This document shows, piece after piece, positions 30,053 to 40,398 of a stretch of 64,000 nt of DNA. Every line of letters begins with the position of its first letter. Position 1 is the first letter of the stretch. A program made the position numbers and the translations under genes. The notes under the pieces were generated by a model. The model had not been told where the DNA came from. It ran no database searches and was given only the letters and a program-made list of their open reading frames with translations. Source of the stretch: Longimicrobiales bacterium (GTDB taxonomy: Bacteria; Gemmatimonadota; Gemmatimonadetes; Longimicrobiales; Gaopeijiaceae); the NCBI GenBank assembly GCA_965198065.1, contig CBDAON010000004.1, forward strand, positions 2,016,001 through 2,080,000. Direction: 5' to 3'.

Positions 30053-31045
30053 TCACCGCTGTACGTGCCGGACCACCCCGACCACGAAGGCCTCTCGCCC
30101 CTCCACGCGTAAGGTTCCCGACACCCCGAAGAGCCCCGACACGGGAAGGATCGGCCCGTCGCCTTCGCCTGCCGTGAGGTGGGAGCTCGACGAGACCAGC
30201 TCCCCGGCGAGGCTGCCCGCCGCCGAGATCGTCCAGCGCGCCGGGATGTTTCGCCGAGCCAGCTCGAAGGGCCTCATGTCCTCCCAGCGGACGGTCACGC
30301 TGGACCACATGCCCGGCTCGGACTCCGAGCGGCTCCACCCCCGGTACCGGGTCGGGATCCGAGCTTCGGGCGGAGAGGGGATCTCTTCGAGGAAGAGCTG
30401 GAGACGGTTCCCTTCCACGAGGAACATCCAGTCTCCCGGCGCCGACGCGGGCGCTTCCCAGCTCCGCGGAAGATCTAGGACATATCCCTCCACGGGCCCG
30501 GACGGGAAGACTGCTCTCGCCTGAAAGAGGCGGACCGGGTCTCCCGTGGGCCGCGTCCACTCGGTCAGGAACTCGACGAGCCGGGTCTCCAACTCCGCGG
30601 GGCCGTTCCTGAGCAGGAGTGCCTCGACCCGGTCCTCCTCCCCTACGATCAGGCGAACCGTTCCTTCCGGAAGAAGGCGCCAGGGCGTCCTGGACGTGGG
30701 TCCGAGCGTGCTCTCCTGTACGAGCGCTTCCCAAGTCTCACCCCGCTGGAGCCACACGGAGCGATCTCGCCGGACTCCTCCCACCTGAGCTCGCGACCGG
30801 AAGAACCACGGGATGGCGATGGCCGGATCGGACGAGACCGAGAGAAAGAGGAACTCGCGATCGAAGACGAGCTCCCGGGGGGCCGGCGTGGTCACGAGGG
30901 TGCCCGTGCCGGCTCCGGTGCCGCGAGCCCCCGGCCTCTCGGGCGGAGGATCGCGATCACATCCGCTCGCGGTGAGAAGGCCCGCTGCCGTCAGGAGGAT
31001 GGCGACGGGGAAGGGTGGGGTGGGCAGGCCGCCCGGGGGTTGCAC
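30053..31045 (-). CDS. Hypothetical lipoprotein
   Basis: Hydrophobic leader ending LTASGC, followed by a beta-rich body. Confidence 0.6.
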   Translation of the reverse strand: MQPPGGLPTPPFPVAILLTAAGLLTASGCDRDPPPERPGARGTGAGTGTLVTTPAPRELVFDREFLFLSVSSDPAIAIPWFFRSRAQVGGVRRDRSVWLQRGETWEALVQESTLGPTSRTPWRLLPEGTVRLIVGEEDRVEALLLRNGPAELETRLVEFLTEWTRPTGDPVRLFQARAVFPSGPVEGYVLDLPRSWEAPASAPGDWMFLVEGNRLQLFLEEIPSPPEARIPTRYRGWSRSESEPGMWSSVTVRWEDMRPFELARRNIPARWTISAAGSLAGELVSSSSHLTAGEGDGPILPVSGLFGVSGTLRVEGREAFVVGVVRHVQR

Positions 31046-31059
31046 GGTCGCCCGGCGCT

Positions 31060-31503
31060 TCAGCGGGAGTACTCGTGAGCCAGCGGCAGGCCGCCCTCGG
31101 GCGGTAGGATGGCGGCGGGGGGCGCGTTCAGGACCCGGTCCAGATTGCGAAGGAAGCGTCGGATCCGCCGGGCGTTCGCGCCCAGGTCGGAGCGGCCGTT
31201 CCGGGACCGCGACATCAGGTCCACCCGCGTCTGCGCGTCCGAGTCGAGCCAGACGCGGATCCGGACGTCATCCACGAACCCGAGGACGCGCGTCCGGACC
31301 TCCGCGCGTACGATGCCCCGCTGATCGTCCGCATCGATCAGGGTCCAGAGCGAGCCGCCGTTCACGATCAACCAGATCACCCGGTTCCAAACCTCGTCGA
31401 AGGGAATGGCGTACCGACGGCCGCGGAGCGTGGGGTCAGAGTGCTCGGGCCGCGTCATCTCCATCTTCTTGAGGAACGGCGAGAGAGGCCCGGAATCGCT
31501 CAC
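31060..31503 (-). CDS. DUF1499 domain protein
   Basis: VLGFVDDVRIRV, VDLMSRSRNGRSDLGANARRIRRF; GTG overlaps the SIMPL stop. Confidence 0.8.
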   Translation of the reverse strand: MSDSGPLSPFLKKMEMTRPEHSDPTLRGRRYAIPFDEVWNRVIWLIVNGGSLWTLIDADDQRGIVRAEVRTRVLGFVDDVRIRVWLDSDAQTRVDLMSRSRNGRSDLGANARRIRRFLRNLDRVLNAPPAAILPPEGGLPLAHEYSR

Positions 31504-32390
31504 GGATTCTCGTCCAACCGGAACCGGATCGTAACTCGAGCGGAGACCCGCTGGAGGCCAGGCTCGACCGGGGTGGGGACGGCCTGGGCGGCCGCGAGCT
31601 CCAGACCCCGGCCCATGGCCCCGTACGGCATGGGGGGCGGCACGTAGTCGGCTCCGCCCTGGACGTCGATCGGAGGCCCTAGCCGCATGCCTAGCGCCTC
31701 CGCGATCACGGCCGCCTCGGCGCGGGCCTTCCCGACAGCCAGGCGCATGGCCTCGTGCCGGTAGGGCTCGGGGTCCCGCAGCTCGAAGACGAGCCCCGAC
31801 ACGCGGTTCGCGCCGGCGCCCAGGGCCTCGTCGATGAGGGGGCCCAGACCCTCGACCTGATCCGCCGTGATGCGGACGGTGTTTCGGGCCGCGTAGCCCA
31901 CGATCCGCATCGTGCGATCGCCTGTCGCGGGCGCGTAACGCGGGTTCAGGGAGTAACCGGACGTCTCGAGCCGGAAGCCGGGAAGTCCCGTGCCGGCCGT
32001 CCGGAGGGCAGCGGATACGCTCTCCATGAGCTCGGCGTTGGCCTCTCCAGCCTCCCGGGCCGTCTCGCCCTCGGTTTCCACGGCAAAGGAGATGCGAGCC
32101 CGGTTGGGGACGGCCTCGACCTCGCCCACGCCCGTCACCGTGAGCGCGGGCCCCGGCTCCTGTAACGCAGACTGGATCGACGAAAAGGCCAGGTACGCAT
32201 CCTCCCAGGCTGCCCGCACAGACGGACCGGTCGTGGCCGGCGCCGGGACCGCAGGGGCCGGGTCCTGGGCGGCCTGCCGGGCCGCGCAGCCGATCGGGGC
32301 GAGGAGGCCTGCCAGCGCGACTGCCGCCGCGAAGCCCGGGGGGGGGGCGCCGGGACCGAATCGACCGGGCGATGGCATGGTTGGCTCCAT
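31500..32390 (-). CDS. SIMPL (DUF541) domain protein
   Basis: LTVTGVGEVEAVPNRA, LIDEALGAGANRVSGLVF, ARAEAAVIAEALG. Confidence 0.88.
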   Translation of the reverse strand: MEPTMPSPGRFGPGAPPPGFAAAVALAGLLAPIGCAARQAAQDPAPAVPAPATTGPSVRAAWEDAYLAFSSIQSALQEPGPALTVTGVGEVEAVPNRARISFAVETEGETAREAGEANAELMESVSAALRTAGTGLPGFRLETSGYSLNPRYAPATGDRTMRIVGYAARNTVRITADQVEGLGPLIDEALGAGANRVSGLVFELRDPEPYRHEAMRLAVGKARAEAAVIAEALGMRLGPPIDVQGGADYVPPPMPYGAMGRGLELAAAQAVPTPVEPGLQRVSARVTIRFRLDENP

Positions 32391-32601
32391 TGCGGTGGGA
32401 GGCGATAGAGATCGGCAACGGAAGTCGGGACCGATGCGTAATATAGCTGCGCCCGAGGTCGGGGGTTCCGTGCGGTTGATCCGCCCCTTTGGCTCCGGTA
32501 TCCTTCTCGGGCGCCTCCGCGCGGAGGGTGTCGGCGGCCCGACGGGCCGCTGCACGAGTGCGGGCCTTCCCTCGATCCCCTCGGCTCCCCGCGGGCCTTC
32601 G

Positions 32602-33603
32602 ATGAAAGCGATCATCCCCCTCGCGGGTAAGGGCACGCGGCTCCGTCCCCACACGCTCTCGATTCCGAAGTCCCTGGTAGCCGTCGGGGGCCGCCCCGTC
32701 ATGAGCTACGTCCTGGACGACCTGAGGGATCTCGGGATCGAGGAGGTCGTCTTTGTCGTGGGATATTTGCGGGAGGCGGTGGCGGAATACGTCTCGCGCG
32801 AGTATTCGGGCTTCACGGCGCACTACGTGGTTCAGGACATACAGGACGGCACGGCGGGGGCGGTCGGCCTCGCTGAGCCGTGGGCGGACGAAGATCTCCT
32901 CATCGTCTTTGTGGACACGCTCTTCGACGCCGATCTCTCGGTGATCCAGTCACTCCCCTCCGAGTGGGCGGGAATCGTCTGGGCTAAGGAAGTGGAGGAC
33001 TATCAGCGCTTTGGGGTCATCGTGACGGACGAGGACGGCGCGATGACCCGAATCGTCGAGAAGCCGAGGGAGCCCGTCTCGAGACTCGCGAACATCGGGC
33101 TGTACTACATCCGCGACTTCGCGCTCCTCTTCGAGGGCATCCACCACGTGCTCCGCTTGCCCCCGGGGCCCGCGGGCGAGTTCTACCTGACCGACGCGTT
33201 CCAGTACATGGTCGATCACGGGGCGAGGATTCGCACCGCGCCCGTGCGGGGATGGTACGACTGCGGCAACGTCGAGACCCTGATAGAGACGAACCGCCAC
33301 CTCCTAGAGACCTCGCGCGGTGGCGTGGACCCGAGGGCATCGCTCGAGCGATGCGAGGTCCGGGCGCCGGTTCGGGTCGAGGCCGAAGCCCGGCTCGTGA
33401 ACGTTGCCCTGGGGCCGAACGTAACGGTCGAGACGGGCGCGATCGTGGAGGACTCGAGCCTCGAGGACACAATCGTCTGTGAGCGCTCCGTCGTTCGGGG
33501 GTGCCACCTCCGCGGCTCGATCGTGGGGGGGGACTCCCACGTCCAGGGAGTGACCGGGCGGGTGAATCTGGGGCCGTATTCGGAGCTGGACTCGACGTCC
33601 TAA
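32602..33603 (+). CDS. Sugar-phosphate nucleotidyltransferase with C-terminal beta-helix
   Basis: IPLAGKGTRLRPHTLSIPK, IVEKP, GEFYLTDA, WYDCG. Confidence 0.9.
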   Translation: MKAIIPLAGKGTRLRPHTLSIPKSLVAVGGRPVMSYVLDDLRDLGIEEVVFVVGYLREAVAEYVSREYSGFTAHYVVQDIQDGTAGAVGLAEPWADEDLLIVFVDTLFDADLSVIQSLPSEWAGIVWAKEVEDYQRFGVIVTDEDGAMTRIVEKPREPVSRLANIGLYYIRDFALLFEGIHHVLRLPPGPAGEFYLTDAFQYMVDHGARIRTAPVRGWYDCGNVETLIETNRHLLETSRGGVDPRASLERCEVRAPVRVEAEARLVNVALGPNVTVETGAIVEDSSLEDTIVCERSVVRGCHLRGSIVGGDSHVQGVTGRVNLGPYSELDSTS

Positions 33604-33615
33604 GCCTGGGACGAA

Positions 33616-33919
33616 ATGGTTGAGGCGGGCCCCGAGGTCATGGTGGCTGTGACCGACACGGGAGTGGGCATCCCGTCGGCGGCACTCCCCAGGATCTTCG
33701 AGCGCTATTACCGGGCCGACTCCGTTGAGGGACCGAAAGGAAGGCGGGACCGGCCTCGGCCTCGCGATCGTCCGGCACCTCGTCCAGTCCATGAAGGGCG
33801 AGGTACGGGCGGAAAGCCAGCTCGGATCCGGAACCACGATCCACTTCAACCTGCCCCGGGTGGACGGCTCGGCGCCCGGGGCGCGATCAGGAACCCACGG
33901 GTCCTCGCTCGGTATTTAA
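33616..33919 (+). pseudogene. Orphan HATPase_c fragment of a PhoR-like histidine kinase
   Basis: VTDTGVGIP...[10 protein letters not shown], then in a shifted frame [14 protein letters not shown]...SQLGSGTT; no H-box or N-box upstream. Confidence 0.75.
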
Positions 33920-34016
33920 TCCCGCTCCGGGGGCGACGAGCGCCCCCCGTTTCGAGGCGCATCTCGGTGGGCCCGCCCACTTCGGGTCCTCCCACTTCCC
34001 TCCGCATCGGGCCGGC

Positions 34017-34490
34017 ATGGACAATCGACACGTCGTTTTCCAGATCACGAACGGAACGTTCCGCGTCGAGCTTTACGAGACCCGGGCTCCACGCACGACG
34101 GCGAACTTCGTCGAGCTAGTGACGAAGCGCTTCTACGATGGTGTGACCTTCCATCGGGTGATCGAGGGGTTCATGATCCAGGGCGGCTGCCCCGAGGGGA
34201 CGGGGCGCGGGGGTCCGGGCTACGCGATCCCAGACGAGTTCCACTCCGAGCTCAGGCACACGGGCGAGGGCGTTCTGTCGATGGCGAACTCAGGGCCCGA
34301 CACGGGCGGGTCCCAGTTCTTCATCACGCTCGCCCCCACACCCTGGCTCGATGATCGGCACGCCGTGTTCGGGCGGGTGGTCGAGGGGATGGACGTCGTG
34401 CGCGAGCTCGGAAAGACGGCCACGGACCGGTCGGACGCGCCGCTCCAGTCGGTGGTGATGGAGAAAGTGTCCATCGAGGAGGCCGAGTGA
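34017..34490 (+). CDS. Cyclophilin-type peptidyl-prolyl isomerase
   Basis: [37 protein letters not shown]. Confidence 0.95.
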   Translation: MDNRHVVFQITNGTFRVELYETRAPRTTANFVELVTKRFYDGVTFHRVIEGFMIQGGCPEGTGRGGPGYAIPDEFHSELRHTGEGVLSMANSGPDTGGSQFFITLAPTPWLDDRHAVFGRVVEGMDVVRELGKTATDRSDAPLQSVVMEKVSIEEAE

Positions 34491-34969
34491 AGGACGAAGC
34501 GGTCGTGCCGAGTGAGGGTCCCGAGCCGGCCGAAGACAGGAGGGCGCCGAATCCCTCGCCGGACGAGTGGAGGAATAGGCTCACCCCCGAGCAATACCGG
34601 GTGACGAGAGAGAGCGGTACCGAGCGCGCCTTCACGGGCGAGTATTGGGACTCTAAGGCGGCCGGCACGTACATGTGCGTCTGCTGCGGGGCGCCCCTCT
34701 TCGCGTCGGGCACCAAGTTCGACTCGGGCACGGGATGGCCCTCGTTCTGGGAGCCGATCGACGATGCGAACGTCCGGGAGGTCGAGGACCGCTCCCTGTT
34801 CATGCGGCGCACGGAGGTGGTGTGTGCATCCTGCGACGCCCACCTCGGTCACGTGTTCCCCGACGGCCCTCAGCCCGCGGGTCTACGCTACTGCATGAAC
34901 TCCGCGGCACTGCGCCTGGACCCGGCCCCGGAAGGGGAATCGATGAAGGACGAAGGAACAGATGGGTAA
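34487..34969 (+). CDS. msrB: Methionine-R-sulfoxide reductase
   Basis: [35 protein letters not shown]. Confidence 0.96.
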   Translation: MKDEAVVPSEGPEPAEDRRAPNPSPDEWRNRLTPEQYRVTRESGTERAFTGEYWDSKAAGTYMCVCCGAPLFASGTKFDSGTGWPSFWEPIDDANVREVEDRSLFMRRTEVVCASCDAHLGHVFPDGPQPAGLRYCMNSAALRLDPAPEGESMKDEGTDG

Positions 34970-35136
34970 GCCACTCGCCTGGGCGGTCTCGGCCTTTTTT
35001 CGGTCGCGCTCCTTGCCGGGTGCTTTGGGAGAACGCCGCCCCCTCCTGGACCGGGATACGAGCGCGGCGGGCTTCCGGACTTGAGGGGGTCGCGGGTGAT
35101 GGTCCTGCCCCTTCAGATCCGGACGGGGGTGCACCC

Positions 35137-36495
35137 CATAAGCGCTAACTTGTTTGCATTGCCATGGTGTTGTATAGTGAGGGCATGAGCAGAACCGTGA
35201 CAGAGGCGCCGACAAGTGAGGACTGGGACCTGCTAGTATCGTTCTTCCCGAGCAACTGGCAGGAGCTGGCAGCGGAGACGGGAGCGCTGCGAGGGTTGCG
35301 CAAGGACAAGTCGCCGGAGAAGCTGCTGCGGACGCTGCTGATCCATCTCGGATGCGGGCATTCGCTGAGAGAAACGGTCGTGCGGGCTCGGCAGGCGAGC
35401 TTGGCGGATCTGTCGGACGTGGCGCTGCTGAAGCGGCTCCGGAAATCGCGGGACTGGCTGTATGCGTTGTGCGTGGAACTGTTCCGGGAGCACGGCATCG
35501 CGGTCTCGTCGGACGGGGGCTTCCAAGTGCGGGTCTTGGACGCCACGACCGTGCAGGAGCCGGGCCGGACCGGATCGTTGTGGAGGCTGCATTACAGCGT
35601 CAACCTGCCTTCGTTGGGCTGCGACTTCTTCAAGCTGACCGGGACGGAAGGGTCCGGGGCGGGCGAGTCGTTCAAACAGTTTCCGATCCGTCCGGGTGAC
35701 TACGTGCTGGCCGACCGGGCCTACTCGAACGCGGCCGGGATCCAGCATGTGGCGATGGCCGGCGGTCACGTAACGGTGCGGGTGAACACCGGGACGCTGC
35801 CGCTGGAGACCGCGGACGGTCAGCCGTTCGAGTTGCTGACAGCCGTGGAATCCCTCGAGCGGCCTGGACCGGTCGGCGCATGGGCGGTGCGCACGGCGGC
35901 CAAGGCCGGCCCCCCGGTCGCAGGCCGAATCTGCGCCGTGCGCAAGACCGACGAAGCGATCGCGGCCGCGCACGCCAAGATCCGCAAGACAGCCCAGCGC
36001 AAGCAAAGCCAGGTCCGGCCGCAAACCCTGCATTTTGCCCGCTACGTCATCGTCTTCACGACCTACCCCCCGGAGGAGTTCTCGCCAGCCGACGTTCTGG
36101 AATGGTACCGCCTACGCTGGCAGGTCGAGCTGGTCTTCAAGCGCTTCAAGTCCCTGGCCCGCCTCGGACATCTGCCGAAGTATGATGACGAAAGCGCGCA
36201 GGCCTGGCTGTACGGCAAACTGCTCGTGGCACTGCTGGTCGAGAAAGTCGTGCGCCACGCCGTGGCTATTTCCCCCTGGGGATACGACGTCGCGACAACG
36301 TCAGCCCCGCAGCCCTTGGCGTGACTTCAAGTTCGCACTCCACCAAGTCGCACGGGCCATCGAACCGGAGTTCTCTCTCGAAAAGATGATCCGCGAGTGG
36401 AGCAAGATCTCGGCTTCCCTGGCCGAACCTCCAAGGCAGAGACTCAACCAGGTGGACCGCCACTTCCCGATAAACTACACAAGTTAGCGCTTATG
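35137..36495 (+). mobile_element. IS4-family element, IS186/IS421-like
   Basis: Perfect 17-bp terminal IRs CATAAGCGCTAACTTGT; 11-bp target duplication GGGGTGCACCC at 35126-35136 and 36496-36506. Confidence 0.93.
35185..36324 (+). CDS. IS4-family transposase
   Basis: LSDVALLKRLR, LDATT, LADRAY, YRLRWQVELVFKRFKS (YREK motif). Confidence 0.93.
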   Translation: MSRTVTEAPTSEDWDLLVSFFPSNWQELAAETGALRGLRKDKSPEKLLRTLLIHLGCGHSLRETVVRARQASLADLSDVALLKRLRKSRDWLYALCVELFREHGIAVSSDGGFQVRVLDATTVQEPGRTGSLWRLHYSVNLPSLGCDFFKLTGTEGSGAGESFKQFPIRPGDYVLADRAYSNAAGIQHVAMAGGHVTVRVNTGTLPLETADGQPFELLTAVESLERPGPVGAWAVRTAAKAGPPVAGRICAVRKTDEAIAAAHAKIRKTAQRKQSQVRPQTLHFARYVIVFTTYPPEEFSPADVLEWYRLRWQVELVFKRFKSLARLGHLPKYDDESAQAWLYGKLLVALLVEKVVRHAVAISPWGYDVATTSAPQPLA

Positions 36496-36961
36496 GGGGT
36501 GCACCCCGACGTGGGGCGCGAGATCGAGTTCGCGTTAGGCCGGCCGGGTGGATCCGTGGAGTGGGTCGGTCCCGAGGCCCTCCGAGAGACGATCGCCCGG
36601 AGCCCAGGACTGGAGGTGCAGATCGACGAACTGCCGGTGGGCGTGTTTCTCGCCGGAGCAGTGGAGCGGATCGGCGACCCGCTGTTCAGTGCGCTCTACC
36701 GGCTAGGGGCCCTGACTGACACGCCCGTGGCGCTGCTTCCCGTGGAGGCCAGGGCGCTGGCGCGAGACGGCGAGGAGTCCGTCCAGATCTCGGCCGCCCT
36801 CGTAGACACCCGGACCGGCGTGGTCGTCTGGTTCGGGATCGTGGAGGGCCAGCGAGGCCCGCCGGGAGAACTTTCCCTGGCCGCGACCGCGGCGGATGCT
36901 CTCGCGAGAAGGGTGATGGTCCCCTGAGTCCCCCGAGCCCGCGGCTCGACGAGGGCTTCGC

Positions 36962-37980
36962 ATGGCCAGAACCGTCACGGTAATTCCCGGCGATGGGATT
37001 GGTCCTGAGGTCATGGCGGCCGCTCTCGTCGCCGTGAAGGAGGCGGGGGCGGAGCTGGAGCTCGACGAGTGCCTGGGCGGGATCGCGGCGGTCGAGGCGC
37101 TGAAGGACCCCTTACCGGCCCAGACCCTCGACTCGATCGGGCGCACCGCCGTTGCCCTCAAGGGTCCGCTCACGACCCCCTCGGGCTCGGGCTTCCGCTC
37201 CGTCAATGTCGCCATCCGGAAGGAGTTCGACCTCTACGCAAACGTGCGACCCGCGGTCACGCTGATACCGGGGCAGCGCTACGAGGCCATCGATCTTGTC
37301 CTGATCCGCGAGAACACAGAAGGCCTCTACGTTGGGGTGGAGCACTACATCGGACTCGAGGGCGACCCTAGGGCGGCGGCCGAGTCGGTCATGATCATCA
37401 CCCGATTCGGCTCGGAGCGGATCGTCCGGTACGCGTTCGAGTACGCGGTCCGAAACGCGCGGCGGAAGGTCACCCTCGCGCACAAGGCAAACATCCTCAA
37501 GTACACGCAGGGTCTCTTCTTGGACGTGGGCCGGCACATCGCGAGAGAGTACGAGGGGCAGGTCGAGTTCGAGCATCGGATCATCGACGCGACCGCCATA
37601 CAGCTGGTCCGAAACCCCTACGAGTTCGACGTGCTCGTGATGGAGAACATGTTCGGGGACATCCTGAGCGACTTGATGGCGGGCCTGGTTGGCGGCCTGG
37701 GGATGGCTCCGGCGGGGAACATCGGACAAGACGTGGCCATGTTCGAGGCCGTGCACGGCTCCGCCCCTGATCTCACGGGGCTGGGCGCGGCCAACCCTAC
37801 CGCGCTCATGCTGGCAGCCGCCATGATATGCTGGACCACGTCGATCAACCGGAACCGGCCGGTCGCATTCGCGAGGCCGTGGTCCGGACGCTCGCCGATC
37901 CCGAGCTGCGCACCCGGGACGTGGGGGGAACAGCGAGCACGAGCGAGTTCACGGCCGGGGTCGTGAGGAACCTGAAGTGA
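36962..37980 (+). CDS. Isocitrate/isopropylmalate dehydrogenase family protein (frameshift near 37825)
   Basis: [36 protein letters not shown]-terminus MLDHV...[13 protein letters not shown] ends at 37980 in another frame. Confidence 0.9.
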
Positions 37981-38045
37981 GGTTGACGCGCCCTGGCCTC
38001 CCGGTAATTTCCCTTCACTCCGAAAGCGCCGAAGCTTTCGGGTCC

Positions 38046-38118
38046 GCGCCGCTAGCTCAATTGGCAGAGCAACGGACTCTTAATCCGTAGGTTCTAGGTT
38101 CGATTCCTAGGCGGCGCA
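38046..38118 (+). tRNA. tRNA-Lys(CTT)
   Basis: Cloverleaf: acceptor GCGCCGC/GCGGCGC, anticodon arm ACGGA-CTCTTAA-TCCGT, T arm CTAGG-TTCGATT-CCTAG. Confidence 0.96.
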
Positions 38119-38601
38119 TTTAGCTGTACGCTTTAGGGGGCAAGGCATCGCGGCATCGTCCCTTCGACTAGGGTTTAGGTAGGGTCAGGCAATTGTGTGC
38201 GGCCAGTGTGCCTGGCTGGAGCGGGAATAGCTCGAGACTCCGCCCCCCGGGGCCCCAGCCACCTCCGGTCCCTTACGTCGCCCCCGGGATCACGGCGCAA
38301 CCTCTGGCTGGCCAGGAACGGCGGGGAGGAGCCCCGCGTAAGCCACTCGCTCTGCCCCGACGCTCCCGTTCGACGGCGATGGATGGTCCCATCCGGTACG
38401 GTTGAGATCCTTCGAGCGAATTCTCCCCTCGCGAGCGCAACGTTGGGGAACGTTTGTTGCTTGACGCGTCGGTGAATCTCGCCCAACGATGCGCGTGTGC
38501 GGGTACAGGCTCATGCGCGAATACGTGCGGGAATCGGTCCGTTATGGGAAAGCGTTGCGCGCTTCGATGAGTGAACTTCGCTGGACCTCTGGGTGCCGCC
38601 G

Positions 38602-38868
38602 ATGAAGCTGGCCGTATTCGATGTCGATGGAACGCTGATCCGGAAGAACACGGTGGAGGATGAGTGTTACCTGGCAGCGCTCGCCGCGGTGTTCGATTTC
38701 CAGAATGTTAGCCCGGACTGGGGCTCATATGCTCATGTCACGGACTCGGGCTTAGCGTTGGAGCTCTGTACGCGGCGCTTAGGACGTGCGCCGACGCCGG
38801 AGGAGAGCGCCGCATTCCGCGATACGTACACCAATCTGATTACGGAAGGGGATTACATCCAATCGTAA
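38602..38868 (+). pseudogene. HAD-family hydrolase, truncated by IS1595
   Basis: AVFDVDGTL motif I and HVTDSG; the frame runs into the IS end at 38848 and no C-terminal half is seen. Confidence 0.8.
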
Positions 38869-38882
38869 CCACGGCCCCGGTG

Positions 38883-39074
38883 CTACGGGGCCTGTTTCTT
38901 GTCCTGCTTCTGCACGAATTTCCACTCCCCGCGCTTCTTCGGCGGCGTCTTGATGAACGCCTTCATGATGTTCGCGGGCGTGTCAGGGATCGGCTCCGGT
39001 AGCGGGTACTTCACCGGACGGCCACGGGGCTGCTTCGTTCCGGTGGGCTTTGATGGCTTATCGTTGGGTGTCAT
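38883..39074 (-). CDS. Small basic protein inside IS1595
   Basis: 63 aa, GGAGG upstream, PRGRP and PEPIPDTPANI. Confidence 0.55.
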   Translation of the reverse strand: MTPNDKPSKPTGTKQPRGRPVKYPLPEPIPDTPANIMKAFIKTPPKKRGEWKFVQKQDKKQAP

Positions 39075-39118
39075 GGGTTTCTCATCGCCTCCGGTGACGG
39101 TCCATAAGAAGCCACGGA

Positions 39119-40273
39119 CTAAAGGTCGTTAGTGTTCTGGTATGTGACTCTGTAGATGGATTCACAGTAATACGTGATCCGAGTCGCGTCTGGCAGCCGC
39201 TGCAAAATCCCGAGACTTTCAAGTTTTTTCAAATCTGATCTCGCCGTCGGATAAGTCACGTTAAATGTTTCCTTCACTCTCACCACAGTCACGACTGGAT
39301 TCTCGAACAGACCATCGATGAGTGTTGAGAGCCGCACGCTTCCGCCTTTGAGACGCGACTGGAAGCCGCGATGAAGGTCGAGTAGCTTATCGCAACGGCG
39401 TTCGGTGTCATTGGCTTGTTCGATAGCTCCCTCTAAGCAGAATTTAACCCAACGATCCCAGTCTCCGTGCGTGCTAACCAAGAGCATTAAGTCCATGTAC
39501 TGCTTCTTGTAACGCTCGAAGTAGGCACTCATATAGAGCCACTGGCTTGACAAGCCGCACCATTCAGCGATGGTCAGCGCCAGCAGTAATCGACCGACAC
39601 GCCCGTTACCATCTTGGAACGGGTGAATCGTTTCAAACTGGTAGTGAGTTAGGAAGGCGCGTACGAGCGGGTCAAGGTCGCCTGGGGTGTTCATGAACAT
39701 TTCCAGGTCGTTCATGGCTGTTATGACGTTCTCTGGCGGCGGCGGAACAAACCTAGCCGGGTACCCAATCTGGTTTTGGATCGTCCGAAACTCTCCAGGC
39801 TGTTCTCCGTAGCCGCGGACACCATCCATCAGAACTTCGTGCAGATTTTGGATTAGGCGTTTCGACAGCGGGAGGCCGCTCTGCTGTCGGAGTTGCAACG
39901 CTCGGCCGTAGTTGAATACTTCTCGGTAAGGATTCAGCGGATCGCCCACAGATGCCGGGTATCTCGGGTCAGCCTGAAAGAGTGCCTGCTTCTGTGGGTC
40001 CGTGAACGTCCCTTCGAGTTGAGACGACCGTTGCGCTTCTAGATGCTGGATCGGACGAAGCAATATCTTAGGATTAGGCAAATGCTTTCCAACCCCATCC
40101 AAGCCAGCGATGCTTGCCCTAGCTTCTACTAGCGTCTGCCAGATGTCATTCGGAAGCTTCCAGGCCCGCGGAGGTAAAGAGTCCGGAATAAAAGCGTGAG
40201 AAACGTCCGTCGACGTATTCGACAGAGGCACCAAAAGACCGGGCTTGTCGTCTGTAAACTCTGATGGGTTCAA
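39119..40273 (-). CDS. Fic family protein (class II) with C-terminal HTH-like region
   Basis: HPFQDGNGRVGR Fic motif, N-terminal SSQLEG inhibitory motif, VTYPTARSDLKKL; lower GC than flanks. Confidence 0.92.
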   Translation of the reverse strand: MNPSEFTDDKPGLLVPLSNTSTDVSHAFIPDSLPPRAWKLPNDIWQTLVEARASIAGLDGVGKHLPNPKILLRPIQHLEAQRSSQLEGTFTDPQKQALFQADPRYPASVGDPLNPYREVFNYGRALQLRQQSGLPLSKRLIQNLHEVLMDGVRGYGEQPGEFRTIQNQIGYPARFVPPPPENVITAMNDLEMFMNTPGDLDPLVRAFLTHYQFETIHPFQDGNGRVGRLLLALTIAEWCGLSSQWLYMSAYFERYKKQYMDLMLLVSTHGDWDRWVKFCLEGAIEQANDTERRCDKLLDLHRGFQSRLKGGSVRLSTLIDGLFENPVVTVVRVKETFNVTYPTARSDLKKLESLGILQRLPDATRITYYCESIYRVTYQNTNDL

Positions 40274-40398
40274 TACTTACCACCCCCTACGACGAAAGGC
40301 TTTACTCTTAAGCCGAAAAAGTATAATCATCAACTCATTATTTTAATACTTTGCTTACTGTTAAAATTTGGGGTTTCGGACGGGGCTGGTCGAAATCC

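Larger units (their letters stand above)
34962..36927 (+). pseudogene. Lipoprotein gene interrupted by an IS4 element
   Basis: Lipobox LLAGC (needs one extra T in the run at 34995-35000); ...LQIRTGVHP joins in frame to DVGREIEFAL... once the IS and one target copy are removed. Confidence 0.8.

Noticed and set aside
31060..32823. 587-aa ORF as a single protein
   Set aside because: Only the last ~147 codons (DUF1499) look real; the rest is an alternative frame over SIMPL
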